From IMG/VR virus record IMGVR_UViG_3300047090_000036, positions 1 through 45,666 of that record: a stretch of DNA of 45,666 nucleotides. The stretch is one strand, 5' to 3'. Origin of the DNA: a virus (Duplodnaviria; Caudoviricetes). Shown here piece by piece: positions 29,301 to 37,348 of the stretch. Under the pieces are notes generated by a model. That model saw only the letters and a program-made list of their open reading frames with translations. It was not told where the DNA came from and did not search any database. The position numbers and the translations under genes were made by a program. How positions within the stretch are numbered: position 1 is the stretch's first letter; each line of letters opens with the position of its first letter.

Positions 29301-29917
29301 TACTCGATCTCCATATCTATCGTCGGCGGCTGGTCACTCGCATCCTTCCTAACGATCTCTATAGTAAGTCCACCATCAATTCGATGGCGATGTTCCACGA
29401 TATCAGAAGGACGATGACCTGCACGGTCCAGAAAATCCTTCGCAGCGAATAGACGTTCACCCCGTTGACCGTTGTGTAGACTATCAACCAACACGTTAGC
29501 GGCAGTGCGAGAATGCTGCTTAAATATATCGCGAACAACGTCGGTCTCCGCATCTAGTATTGAGCGTAGGACGTTCTCGTGCATCGTCTTGTAGGCGCTA
29601 CTTTCCTTAATCTTGCCTACTTGTATCTCTGTGCTACCAATTGCCAACGCAATATCCATGTTGTCGAGGCCGAATAGCGAATAGCTCAATACCACTGAGA
29701 TAGCATTCATAGTCTTGGGCACGTCGGGCAAATCAGCGAGCTTACGCCGTGCATTAATGACTAGTTCTTGCGCTTCCCTATTCGTAGGAATTTCAACCAT
29801 ACGATCGTTAGGCGAAGGCTTAGATGGCGGAGCCACTTCTTCAACGACTCGACCACCTGGGTAAACCAGTCTACCATCTGCTAACTTTAGGGGTTGTGCA
29901 TCATCTGCGAGCATCAT
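29300..29917 (-). CDS. Probable terminase small subunit
   Basis: HTH-like DIALAIGST..QV, AAKDFLDRAGHRP, C-terminal strand LTIEIV; upstream of terL. Confidence 0.6.
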   Translation of the reverse strand: MMLADDAQPLKLADGRLVYPGGRVVEEVAPPSKPSPNDRMVEIPTNREAQELVINARRKLADLPDVPKTMNAISVVLSYSLFGLDNMDIALAIGSTEIQVGKIKESSAYKTMHENVLRSILDAETDVVRDIFKQHSRTAANVLVDSLHNGQRGERLFAAKDFLDRAGHRPSDIVEHRHRIDGGLTIEIVRKDASDQPPTIDMEIE

Positions 29918-30888
29918 TAACTGCCCGGAGGCTGACCTTGTTGACGCCGTAATTCGTGATACCAGTCAAGTAGACCAGCGGCACCTGCACCTAATCCTGC
30001 TATTCCAGGCGCACCACGCATTCCGCCACCACGCGGACCACCGGCGCCAGGGATAGCACCACGAACACCGCCAGTTTCCTTCAACCCGCGCAATATACGT
30101 TCGCCTAATGATGGTTCAGGAGCAGGCAAACGTGGGGCGCCGGTATTCTCAGGAGCCGGTAACGCTAATCTAGGTGGCGGTCCACCGACTTGCGGCACAG
30201 GTGGCGGTGCTGCGATACGGGGCATCGTTGGAGCATTAGGCGCAGGTAATGCTAATGGAGGTGTAGGCGCCGGTAATGCTGGTGGTGCTGGTGGCACTGC
30301 TCTATTTAGCGCAGTCTCCAATGGATTAGGTATTGGTGGAGGAACGGGAGCTTGCATCGCTGCGGGAGGCGGTGGCGCTGGCGGAACATTAGGCGCAGGA
30401 ACAACGCCACGACCACCACCACCACCGGGAAGTATGGGAGGCGGTATTTGCGGTAACGGTAACGTAGTTGGCGGCGGCACTGCCTGAAACGGAAGATTAC
30501 CGACATTAGGTATCGGTGGCGTTGTCGGCATCTGGAAATCCGCTTCATTAGTCATCGGAGCCGCACCGAGATTAACGGCTGGCGGATTAACATATGGCGG
30601 CGGCGCACTACTACGCGGTGATCCATTACCACGCGCTCGCATTGCTGCCTGATCCTCAGCCTCGGTAGCTGGAATATCACTACGCAAACCGGGAACTGGT
30701 CCATCACCAGCGCCACCGCTATTGAAATTAGCATTAGACGCAAGTAGCCTACTCATATTCTCGGCAGTGAGCGGTAGACCCATCGACTGCAATCTCTTTT
30801 GCAGCATAACGGTCGGTGACATTGCATCAGGTGACGCATCTGGATCACCGCCCGGTGGTGGTATCGGTGGCGTCGGCATACGTGCCAT
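29917..30888 (-). CDS. Proline-rich low-complexity protein
   Basis: 323 aa with repeated LPAP/PPPP; GAGG RBS; coupled to the next gene. Confidence 0.7.
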   Translation of the reverse strand: MARMPTPPIPPPGGDPDASPDAMSPTVMLQKRLQSMGLPLTAENMSRLLASNANFNSGGAGDGPVPGLRSDIPATEAEDQAAMRARGNGSPRSSAPPPYVNPPAVNLGAAPMTNEADFQMPTTPPIPNVGNLPFQAVPPPTTLPLPQIPPPILPGGGGGRGVVPAPNVPPAPPPPAAMQAPVPPPIPNPLETALNRAVPPAPPALPAPTPPLALPAPNAPTMPRIAAPPPVPQVGGPPPRLALPAPENTGAPRLPAPEPSLGERILRGLKETGGVRGAIPGAGGPRGGGMRGAPGIAGLGAGAAGLLDWYHELRRQQGQPPGS

Positions 30889-30904
30889 AATGCTACCTCA
30901 AATA

Positions 30905-30932
30905 GCTAATCGGGCACCTTTCGATGCCCGAT
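30905..30932 (-). terminator. GNRA-loop hairpin, weak terminator or processing site
   Basis: - strand ATCGGGCATC-GAAA-GGTGCCCGAT in an intergenic gap. Confidence 0.5.
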
Positions 30933-30943
30933 GTTACGCTAAA

Positions 30944-31429
30944 CTACTTAGGCGTTGCAGGAGGCGACGGCCATACTAGCGAAGGATCAACGACGACATA
31001 GCGCTCGCCCCATATACCCATTGTGCATTTCATGATTGCAGTAACACTAGCACCTGTGCCTTGACTAGCATAAGGCAACGGCGGCCAAACTGCACCAAGC
31101 GGTGGCGTTTCTACGCCCGGTGGCACTGGATAAATAGGATGCATTGGAATAAGCGGCAATGAATTGTCAGGATGACCGACGATCGGCGGCAAACTATTAT
31201 CAGGATAATTAGGCGGTAGTGGAAGGTCTTGATTTGGACCAACAGGCAAACCAGGGAGCGTATTATCTACATGCGGCGGATCACCCGGCAAACTATGATC
31301 GGGTCGGTGTCCGACATCAATACCATAATCAGGGTCAACGGGACCATCAATTCCGGGTAGTCCTTGGTCAGGATGATTACCGCTACCAGTCGTAGCGACA
31401 CCCTGAATAGTTACAGGAAACCTTGCCAT
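30944..31429 (-). CDS. Pro-rich protein with PDxxLP repeats
   Basis: HPDQGLP, RPDHSLP, HVDNTLP, GPNQDLP, YPDNSLP, HPDNSLP; GGAG RBS. Confidence 0.75.
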   Translation of the reverse strand: MARFPVTIQGVATTGSGNHPDQGLPGIDGPVDPDYGIDVGHRPDHSLPGDPPHVDNTLPGLPVGPNQDLPLPPNYPDNSLPPIVGHPDNSLPLIPMHPIYPVPPGVETPPLGAVWPPLPYASQGTGASVTAIMKCTMGIWGERYVVVDPSLVWPSPPATPK

Positions 31430-31445
31430 ACATAAACTCCGCTAA

Positions 31446-31697
31446 TTACATTCTACCATGCTGTAGAATAGCGTGAGCAATCGCCGCCGCATGGGATACG
31501 GGATCACTGGCGGGATTAGGAATACGCATCTGTCCCGCAGCCGGTCGTATCAACTGTGGTGTTTTAGAAGAAGTGGCAGGTGGCACCGACTTAGGTTGCG
31601 ATTGAGCCGACTTCCCTTTCGGCTGTGGAGGACCTGCATCTCCACCGTCGGGAGTCATAGCCTGCCGAATTTCGCCGTCAAACGTTCCGCGAGCCAT
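31446..31697 (-). CDS. Hypothetical protein
   Basis: AGGAG RBS; co-directional with the operon. Confidence 0.6.
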   Translation of the reverse strand: MARGTFDGEIRQAMTPDGGDAGPPQPKGKSAQSQPKSVPPATSSKTPQLIRPAAGQMRIPNPASDPVSHAAAIAHAILQHGRM

Positions 31698-31730
31698 CTC
31701 ATGTGCTCCTTGCTATTATATATAGAGGAG

Positions 31731-32192
31731 CTACCAGAGAACTTTGCTAGCGGGACCTCCGATACCTGCACTGCCACCATTCATTGACAAATCAATGGGA
31801 TAGGTAGCCGGGCCATTGGTTCGATTGAGTAGAGCCTGCAATGCGCTAACGTCGAACGCCGTCGTCACTCTGTTGATATAATTAGTGGCTTCGATCGGCA
31901 CCAATCCACCCAGCGCACTTGGGTCATTCATCGCTACCTGCGCCTTGATCCGCGTATATGGCGCCGTCGCAGTTTGACCTGTGAGAAAGCCCATTACCGA
32001 CAACAGAAGTTGACGGATATCGCGATTAGGCTGGCGATTGAAGTAGCTCGCTAGCTGATCGTCGGATTGCGTCAACCCATTGAACTGAACATTACCGCTA
32101 GTGGAACCCTGATTAGCGGCACCTACACCGAGGGTAGGCGACCAACCCGTAAACGGAACCGTGCCAGTGCCGGAGATACCGTAGGTTGCCAT
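31731..32192 (-). CDS. Hypothetical protein, first gene of the late arm (possibly virion-associated)
   Basis: GAGG RBS; 153 aa G/T/A/N-rich. Confidence 0.7.
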   Translation of the reverse strand: MATYGISGTGTVPFTGWSPTLGVGAANQGSTSGNVQFNGLTQSDDQLASYFNRQPNRDIRQLLLSVMGFLTGQTATAPYTRIKAQVAMNDPSALGGLVPIEATNYINRVTTAFDVSALQALLNRTNGPATYPIDLSMNGGSAGIGGPASKVLW

Positions 32193-32714
32193 GACCGTTA
32201 ATACCTCGTGTAGTTAACTACTATATGCAGTGAATTACACGTGAGCCTAAGAGGATCGGTGTCGGAATACAACCTGCTATAATACTTCTGAGTCTGGCAA
32301 CGATCTTCGCGGTGTCCTGCTCCCATAACAGAACGAATACCAGATATGGTAGCATTGTGTATGTATCGCTACTACATACTGTGCCCACGCTAAATTTAGT
32401 AAATGTGTCAGATGTCGATTGACGGCCCATCGCGACTGTGCTGCGATCTGCGTCCGGCCCTCTGTAAGTAATGAGGGTGCAGGCGACGGCCCTCACCATC
32501 ATCCGCGTAATGCGGACCGAATGCAAGTCGTAGCTACGACTCGTATATGTCGAAGTGTGTCGTCCCGTTACTACTCGGCGCCGTGCCGTCGTCTACAACA
32601 CCTGCAATGAGTTGTAGCTAGCGAAGAAACAGACGGGAAACTCTACTAATGATGCGTGTTAACGGTAGATTAACGCCAGTTGCGTGTCGAGCATGTTTCC
32701 GCGATCGACAGAAG

Positions 32715-32844
32715 TTATCCACCGCTTTCTGGTGCTTATTTCGAGTTTCGGCGTCTATACTACTGAAATCATTCACTATCTTACATTTCATTACGCGAAA
32801 TACTCTATCAGTGTTGTGGATAAGTCTACGTGACGTGTGGATAA
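32715..32844. promoter_or_regulatory. Cluster of DnaA boxes
   Basis: TTATCCACC (32715-32723, one mismatch) and TGTGGATAA at 32815-32823 and 32836-32844 (perfect reverse complements of TTATCCACA, 21 bp apart). Confidence 0.6.
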
Positions 32845-33194
32845 CGTGGAAGCGTATACACATACGTATTTCGTCGATCCCCAGCATGTTTGATGTCCGC
32901 ACGCTACGGGGCGACTTCCTTTCTACCCCTTTTTGGAATTGGCCGGGGGAGTGGGGGGCACCAGGCCGTCGTATATACACAGCAGCGTCGTTGCGGCAGC
33001 CGGCCAAATTTCGTTCGCATCCTGCAACGATGGGTGACGGGACGCACCGCATAACAGGTAGTGCGCGAGGCTGGTCAGTAGTGAGTCGCCGACACCGCGA
33101 GTAACGAACTCCGCCCCACCACTAGTATACACAATCACACTTACACGCATAAATCCACTACCCCTAGTTATCGCTATTTATCCCTATTTACCGC

Positions 33195-33223
33195 TTGACA
33201 ATGGAACACCATCACGCTATATT
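33195..33223 (+). promoter_or_regulatory. Sigma70-type early promoter
   Basis: TTGACA-17 bp-TATATT at the start of the + arm. Confidence 0.8.
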
Positions 33224-33463
33224 CCTAATTACCGTAACAGATGGAAATACCGCTATGACCGCTTGTCTCCCTACCGCTATATTCACGCCGGCTGAAATCG
33301 CTATATACGCCGATGCCAACACCGCTGCGCTTGTTACCGCCGCTATGTCATCGCGACGTATCGCGGCCCATGCACGCAATGTCAGTGCCCGCAAGTTCGC
33401 TATGCGGCGTGCTATCGCTCTAGAGACGCTAGCGAAGTCACGCTCCTAATTACCGTAACAGAT
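33223..33463 (+). repeat. 20-bp direct repeat TCCTAATTACCGTAACAGAT (33223-33242, 33444-33463)
   Basis: Exact match, each copy ending 12 nt before an ATG. Confidence 0.9.
33255..33449 (+). CDS. Small Ala/Arg-rich early protein
   Basis: First ATG after the promoter and repeat. Confidence 0.6.
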   Translation: MTACLPTAIFTPAEIAIYADANTAALVTAAMSSRRIAAHARNVSARKFAMRRAIALETLAKSRS

Positions 33464-33475
33464 AGAGATACACAG

Positions 33476-33688
33476 ATGACTATCGCAATATCCACACCAC
33501 TACTCGCCGTTACCTGCACATTCATTCATGAGAACGGTGAGGAATACGTATCATATGAGCGAACATACTGCGCTGATCGCACACTAGACGAAATGGTCTA
33601 TCGTGCATGGTGCGCACTATGGGATGACAACCCCACCACACAAGGCGAGTGGACACTAGTTCACGTAACAGAGAATGAGGATATCTAG
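33476..33688 (+). CDS. Small acidic early protein
   Basis: ATG after the second repeat copy. Confidence 0.65.
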   Translation: MTIAISTPLLAVTCTFIHENGEEYVSYERTYCADRTLDEMVYRAWCALWDDNPTTQGEWTLVHVTENEDI

Positions 33689-33691
33689 ACT

Positions 33692-33823
33692 ATGACCGAA
33701 TACACTAACGCCCAAGCCGCACTCTACAAGGCATTGCTCGCACGTTTGGCAGATATGAATTGCGTCATACGCCGAGCAGACTTTCACGCTGCACTAAATA
33801 CCCTTGCTCGCTTGGACCGATAG
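33692..33823 (+). CDS. Small early protein (43 aa, not in the ORF track)
   Basis: MTEYTNAQAALYKALLARLADMNCVIRRADFHAALNTLARLDR; GAGG upstream. Confidence 0.55.
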   Translation: MTEYTNAQAALYKALLARLADMNCVIRRADFHAALNTLARLDR

Positions 33824-33948
33824 CAACGCTAGACTAGACTATGTTACCATAGCTCGATTGCATTGGTAACGTAGCCTAGCCTCGCTAGGACACCGACTAC
33901 GGCAAAACTGCCACACGACTTGTCTGCTAACTGCCAATAACGCCAAAC

Positions 33949-34902
33949 ATGAAAGTTCACACAATGTCTCTCACTACCACACTACAGAACTCGACCACTC
34001 TCTCGGCGCCTATTATGCCCGATCAAATATCTGCACTCGTCAACAAAGCATTGAAAGATGCTGACAAGGCGGACGGTGTAAAGGGCAAAGCACAACAGAT
34101 GCTAGCCGCGTGTATCAACGCTCAATTTGAGTTGGACCGCGAAACGCCGCCGACACTACCAGCCGATAAGGATGGCGTGACATATGTCGTCACTATGCCA
34201 GCGTTCTCTGACCTTACGGCTAGCAAGCTGTCTGACAACGCCAAGGTATATCGTAAGCTACTCATTGGCCGCTTTATCACTGCGCCCCCGGTTATCGACA
34301 AGAACACCAAGGACAAGGATACCGCCAAGCGTGCAAAGCAGAACTACGCCAAACAATACCGCATGTTGATTGACGCTATCACGCTCACAAACGCATTGCT
34401 TATGGCTGGCGGAGGTCAAGTATCGTTTGACGTTACCGCCTCACTGTTCTCATTCCCTGCTGCAATGCTACTGCCAGCGGACCATCAGGCTATCGGTCAA
34501 CTCGACAAGGCTATAAAGACTGGCAGCTACATACCGCTAGACGGTAAGCTATGGCGCGCAGAGGATAGCGAGAATAGTGAAATCAGCTTGAACGCTAGCA
34601 TTGCGCAAGTGGTCAAGTCCCACAATTCGCGTCACGGTATCGTCCCTCGCACACGCTCCAATGGTTCGCAGTCGAATAGCAAGGGTGGCGAACAATCAAC
34701 CGAGGCAGTGAAGCTTGACCTAGAGGGTCAGCTAAAGAGCCTCAGTCTACAGATATGCGCCGATAAGGAAGCGGAATACGAAACAACGTGGATTGAAGAG
34801 GTAGCTACCCACCTCCGCAATATTCAGACGTTCGTGCATGAATGCCTATATAAGATTGACCCGCACAATCCAATTAACCAGCGGCTACATGCGGTAGGCT
34901 AA
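33949..34902 (+). CDS. Hypothetical early protein (317 aa)
   Basis: Long ORF followed by hairpins; no motif recognised. Confidence 0.8.
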   Translation: MKVHTMSLTTTLQNSTTLSAPIMPDQISALVNKALKDADKADGVKGKAQQMLAACINAQFELDRETPPTLPADKDGVTYVVTMPAFSDLTASKLSDNAKVYRKLLIGRFITAPPVIDKNTKDKDTAKRAKQNYAKQYRMLIDAITLTNALLMAGGGQVSFDVTASLFSFPAAMLLPADHQAIGQLDKAIKTGSYIPLDGKLWRAEDSENSEISLNASIAQVVKSHNSRHGIVPRTRSNGSQSNSKGGEQSTEAVKLDLEGQLKSLSLQICADKEAEYETTWIEEVATHLRNIQTFVHECLYKIDPHNPINQRLHAVG

Positions 34903-35008
34903 TGTAGCGTAGGGCGACGCTACCATAACGATAGCGTCGCCCCCTACTCACGACTTGCCCGACGTTAACTGCCAAGAAAACGCCAGACTTTTCGACACTA
35001 GTCACATG

Positions 35009-35042
35009 ATCCGTCGTTCCGCAAGGGACGGCGGATTTTTTT
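35009..35042 (+). terminator. Intrinsic terminator
   Basis: ATCCGTCGTTCC-GCAA-GGGACGGCGGAT followed by a T-run. Confidence 0.85.
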
Positions 35043-35410
35043 GTGTCTAAATTCCACGTCATGTCACACTTCGATACGTGACCACTACATATAGTAGCTG
35101 GCGGTATCAGTGCAGCGCAAGGGCTAGCCAAGCCCCACTACTCCTATATACCGACCGCGAGCGTTAGCGAGCGCTACAGCATCCGCCCTCCCCCTATTTA
35201 CACACGTAAGCGCAATCACACACGCCGCGACACCTATTCCCACCACCCGAATACCCGTAACATCCTGCAACTGCACCCAATTACAACCCTGAATACGTGT
35301 TCCTGCTAGACTCCAAGCACATGAGGTGGTGTAGTTATCCCACGCGCCGAAGGTCGCGCGCAGTGTTCGGCAGCATATCGACACATATCGCTAATTATCG
35401 GTAGCCTAAC

Positions 35411-35439
35411 TTGACTTTGGCGTAGAATTACGCTATGAT
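35411..35439 (+). promoter_or_regulatory. Sigma70-type promoter
   Basis: TTGACT-17 bp-TATGAT. Confidence 0.75.
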
Positions 35440-35513
35440 GCTTGCATCATTAATCAACAGGGAGATGCGTCTAATTTACATGTGTAAATACGACTTGCCT
35501 AATAACTGCCAAG

Positions 35514-35831
35514 ATGGAGTTAACAATGTTCTGGTCACAGATAACCGAACGTGAATACGAAGAACGCTTAGACATGATGCCGCCTGTAATACAGCGACCG
35601 TGGGGCTTCCTCATTGGCGAGACGTGGTATTACAACGAACGCGAACAACCCGTATTCGCAGCGTATGTAGAATACAAACAATTTGGTTTCGGTGAGCGTA
35701 AGTATGCCGTCAGTCTCGAAGGACTGACTGTTAGCGAGTTCCTGAAACTCAATATGCGAGACGTTGAATACGACCTTCTATATGACGATGCGTGTAAATA
35801 TTACGATACGTTGGAGAGTTTACATGAGTAA
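35514..35831 (+). CDS. Hypothetical protein, possibly DUF1419-like
   Basis: ITEREYEERLDMMPP...GFLIGE resembles DUF1419; the family call is from memory and tentative. Confidence 0.55.
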   Translation: MELTMFWSQITEREYEERLDMMPPVIQRPWGFLIGETWYYNEREQPVFAAYVEYKQFGFGERKYAVSLEGLTVSEFLKLNMRDVEYDLLYDDACKYYDTLESLHE

Positions 35832-36015
35832 CGTCATCGACCAATACACACTCAAACACCTAGATGCATGGCTCGAAAGCAACGTAGACGGCGACACACG
35901 ACGCGATAAAGTCCGTGCTAAAATGCTAGAACTAATTGCAGATGACCAAGAGTATTGGGGCGCACAGACCTGGACACGTGTATATGACAACGCAGACTGC
36001 GGGTATATAGAATGA
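35824..36015 (+). CDS. Hypothetical protein
   Basis: GGAG RBS; part of an overlapping gene chain. Confidence 0.6.
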   Translation: MSNVIDQYTLKHLDAWLESNVDGDTRRDKVRAKMLELIADDQEYWGAQTWTRVYDNADCGYIE

Positions 36016-36302
36016 GTAGACAACGCCCCGATCACGATACGCTATTTATGCCGCTCAACTCCAAGTGCCAACGTATTACACGACTGGCTAGAGGATGGCG
36101 TATATGGCTATCGACGGCTGACTATAAATACGGGACGTTCCTCGAACTCTGCGATGATGGTCAGGTAGTGCGCTTCGTAACGAGAGCCGACGAAGGCGAC
36201 GAATGCATCATCGTGCGACCGAGTGATCCAGAGACACGCGCATCGAAGATGCGCGGAATTGGTGACGTAACCACGGCTAATGGAGAACAGATATGGCGAT
36301 GA
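36012..36302 (+). CDS. Hypothetical protein
   Basis: ATGA coupling. Confidence 0.65.
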   Translation: MSRQRPDHDTLFMPLNSKCQRITRLARGWRIWLSTADYKYGTFLELCDDGQVVRFVTRADEGDECIIVRPSDPETRASKMRGIGDVTTANGEQIWR

Positions 36303-36496
36303 CTAGACACGTAATACCAAAGATAAGTTGGCGTAACAAGGCGGACGTTATCGCGTTCGCCAAACTACTAGGCCCGAGTAACATCGTGGTCAAACATGCA
36401 TCACGACCGAACTACAACATTACGCATATCTCGCGACATGATTTGTGGAATAAGCCTGATGTTACGGTCGTGTATTCAGAAATCTGTCTGACGTAG
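36293..36496 (+). CDS. Hypothetical protein
   Basis: GGAG RBS; overlap with the upstream gene. Confidence 0.6.
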   Translation: MAMTRHVIPKISWRNKADVIAFAKLLGPSNIVVKHASRPNYNITHISRHDLWNKPDVTVVYSEICLT

Positions 36497-36508
36497 AGGA
36501 CAAAGACA

Positions 36509-36718
36509 ATGGCTATCGAGTGGTCTGTATTCGATCCAGAGGACTTTACACATGTAGCTGACCTAATGGAGTCGGCTATCGACCAGATCAACGAGGGAAG
36601 CAAGACTAGCAAAGACTTAGAAGGGTTAGGCAACGCTAGACTACGTGCATTGCTATCGAATAACGTCAACATAATTATCGCAGCACTGCGTATCGCAGGA
36701 GACAAGACCGATGGCTAA
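36509..36718 (+). CDS. Hypothetical protein
   Basis: GAGGA RBS. Confidence 0.65.
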   Translation: MAIEWSVFDPEDFTHVADLMESAIDQINEGSKTSKDLEGLGNARLRALLSNNVNIIIAALRIAGDKTDG

Positions 36719-36929
36719 ACGTATTCATCCAAGTGTAACCGCCGACCGTGTGATGGAACTCGTGCGTCACTACTCTAACTCACTCGATAATCCAGGGATT
36801 TGTTTATCGTGTGGTGAAGATGCATTCGATTGTGAGCCGGATGCCGAACGTTATACGTGTGAGGCATGTGACGAACCTTGGGTATATGGGGCTGAGCAAC
36901 TTCTTATGGCAGGATACTATCACTCATGA
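36711..36929 (+). CDS. Small zinc-ribbon protein
   Basis: NPGICLSCG...CEPDAERYTCEACD: two CxxC pairs. Confidence 0.75.
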   Translation: MAKRIHPSVTADRVMELVRHYSNSLDNPGICLSCGEDAFDCEPDAERYTCEACDEPWVYGAEQLLMAGYYHS

Positions 36930-37135
36930 AAACGTTGCAAATGTCGTTGACGGCTGATGATTGGGATACAATCCTCGCTGCGCTACTGACAGTAGTTAAC
37001 GAGGACGACATTGACGACCTCGATCCAGAAACCCGTGGCGCAATCGACGCTATTTACGAAAGATTATCGCAGCAATTCAGCGCTTGGTATAACGAGATGA
37101 GCGCTAGTGGTGCGTATGTAAATCGCGGCGAATAG
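36926..37135 (+). CDS. Small acidic protein
   Basis: ATGA coupling; D/E-rich. Confidence 0.65.
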   Translation: MKTLQMSLTADDWDTILAALLTVVNEDDIDDLDPETRGAIDAIYERLSQQFSAWYNEMSASGAYVNRGE

Positions 37136-37189
37136 CCGCGCCAAAGGCGCGCGCTGTGATCTGACACACGACACGCGATAGGAGTATAT

Positions 37190-37348
37190 ATGATACGCGA
37201 CAAACTCATCAAACGAGCACAGACCATGTGCAACGCGGATGGCAAAACACGCTACGTTAACTTCACTTCACTTGGTTGGCGTATCGAGTTCGAGCCAACT
37301 ACGCAAGATGGCCTATCATTCGAGATTACACCGCAGCAACATGCGTAA
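37190..37348 (+). CDS. Small protein (52 aa, not in the ORF track)
   Basis: AGGAG RBS; MIRDKLIKRAQTMCNADGKTRYV...; stop overlaps the HNH start. Confidence 0.6.
   Translation: MIRDKLIKRAQTMCNADGKTRYVNFTSLGWRIEFEPTTQDGLSFEITPQQHA

Larger units (their letters stand above)
33915..35512 (+). repeat. Three copies of ACGACTTGyC-N(3-6)-TAACTGCCAA (33915-33937, 34950-34975, 35490-35512)
   Basis: Read directly; all three are intergenic. Confidence 0.85.

Noticed and set aside
7757-31787. Numerous + strand and off-frame ORFs within the structural arm
   Set aside because: They lie inside well-supported, tightly coupled - strand genes and have shadow-ORF composition.
32625-32680. Hammerhead-like ribozyme (GAAAC and CTAATGA nearby)
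   Set aside because: The core is not CUGANGA and I could not build the three required stems.
32618-33150. ORFs 32649-33104 (+), 32618-33052 (-) and neighbours as genes
   Set aside because: No clear RBS, atypical Arg/Ser/Cys-rich composition, mutual overlap, and coincidence with DnaA boxes and G-tracts; treated as non-coding, though not formally excluded.
35490-35512. Sigma54 promoter on the - strand (TTGGCA...GC with GG-N10-GC spacing)
   Set aside because: Only this copy has the spacing, the TTGC element is missing, and the other two copies do not fit.
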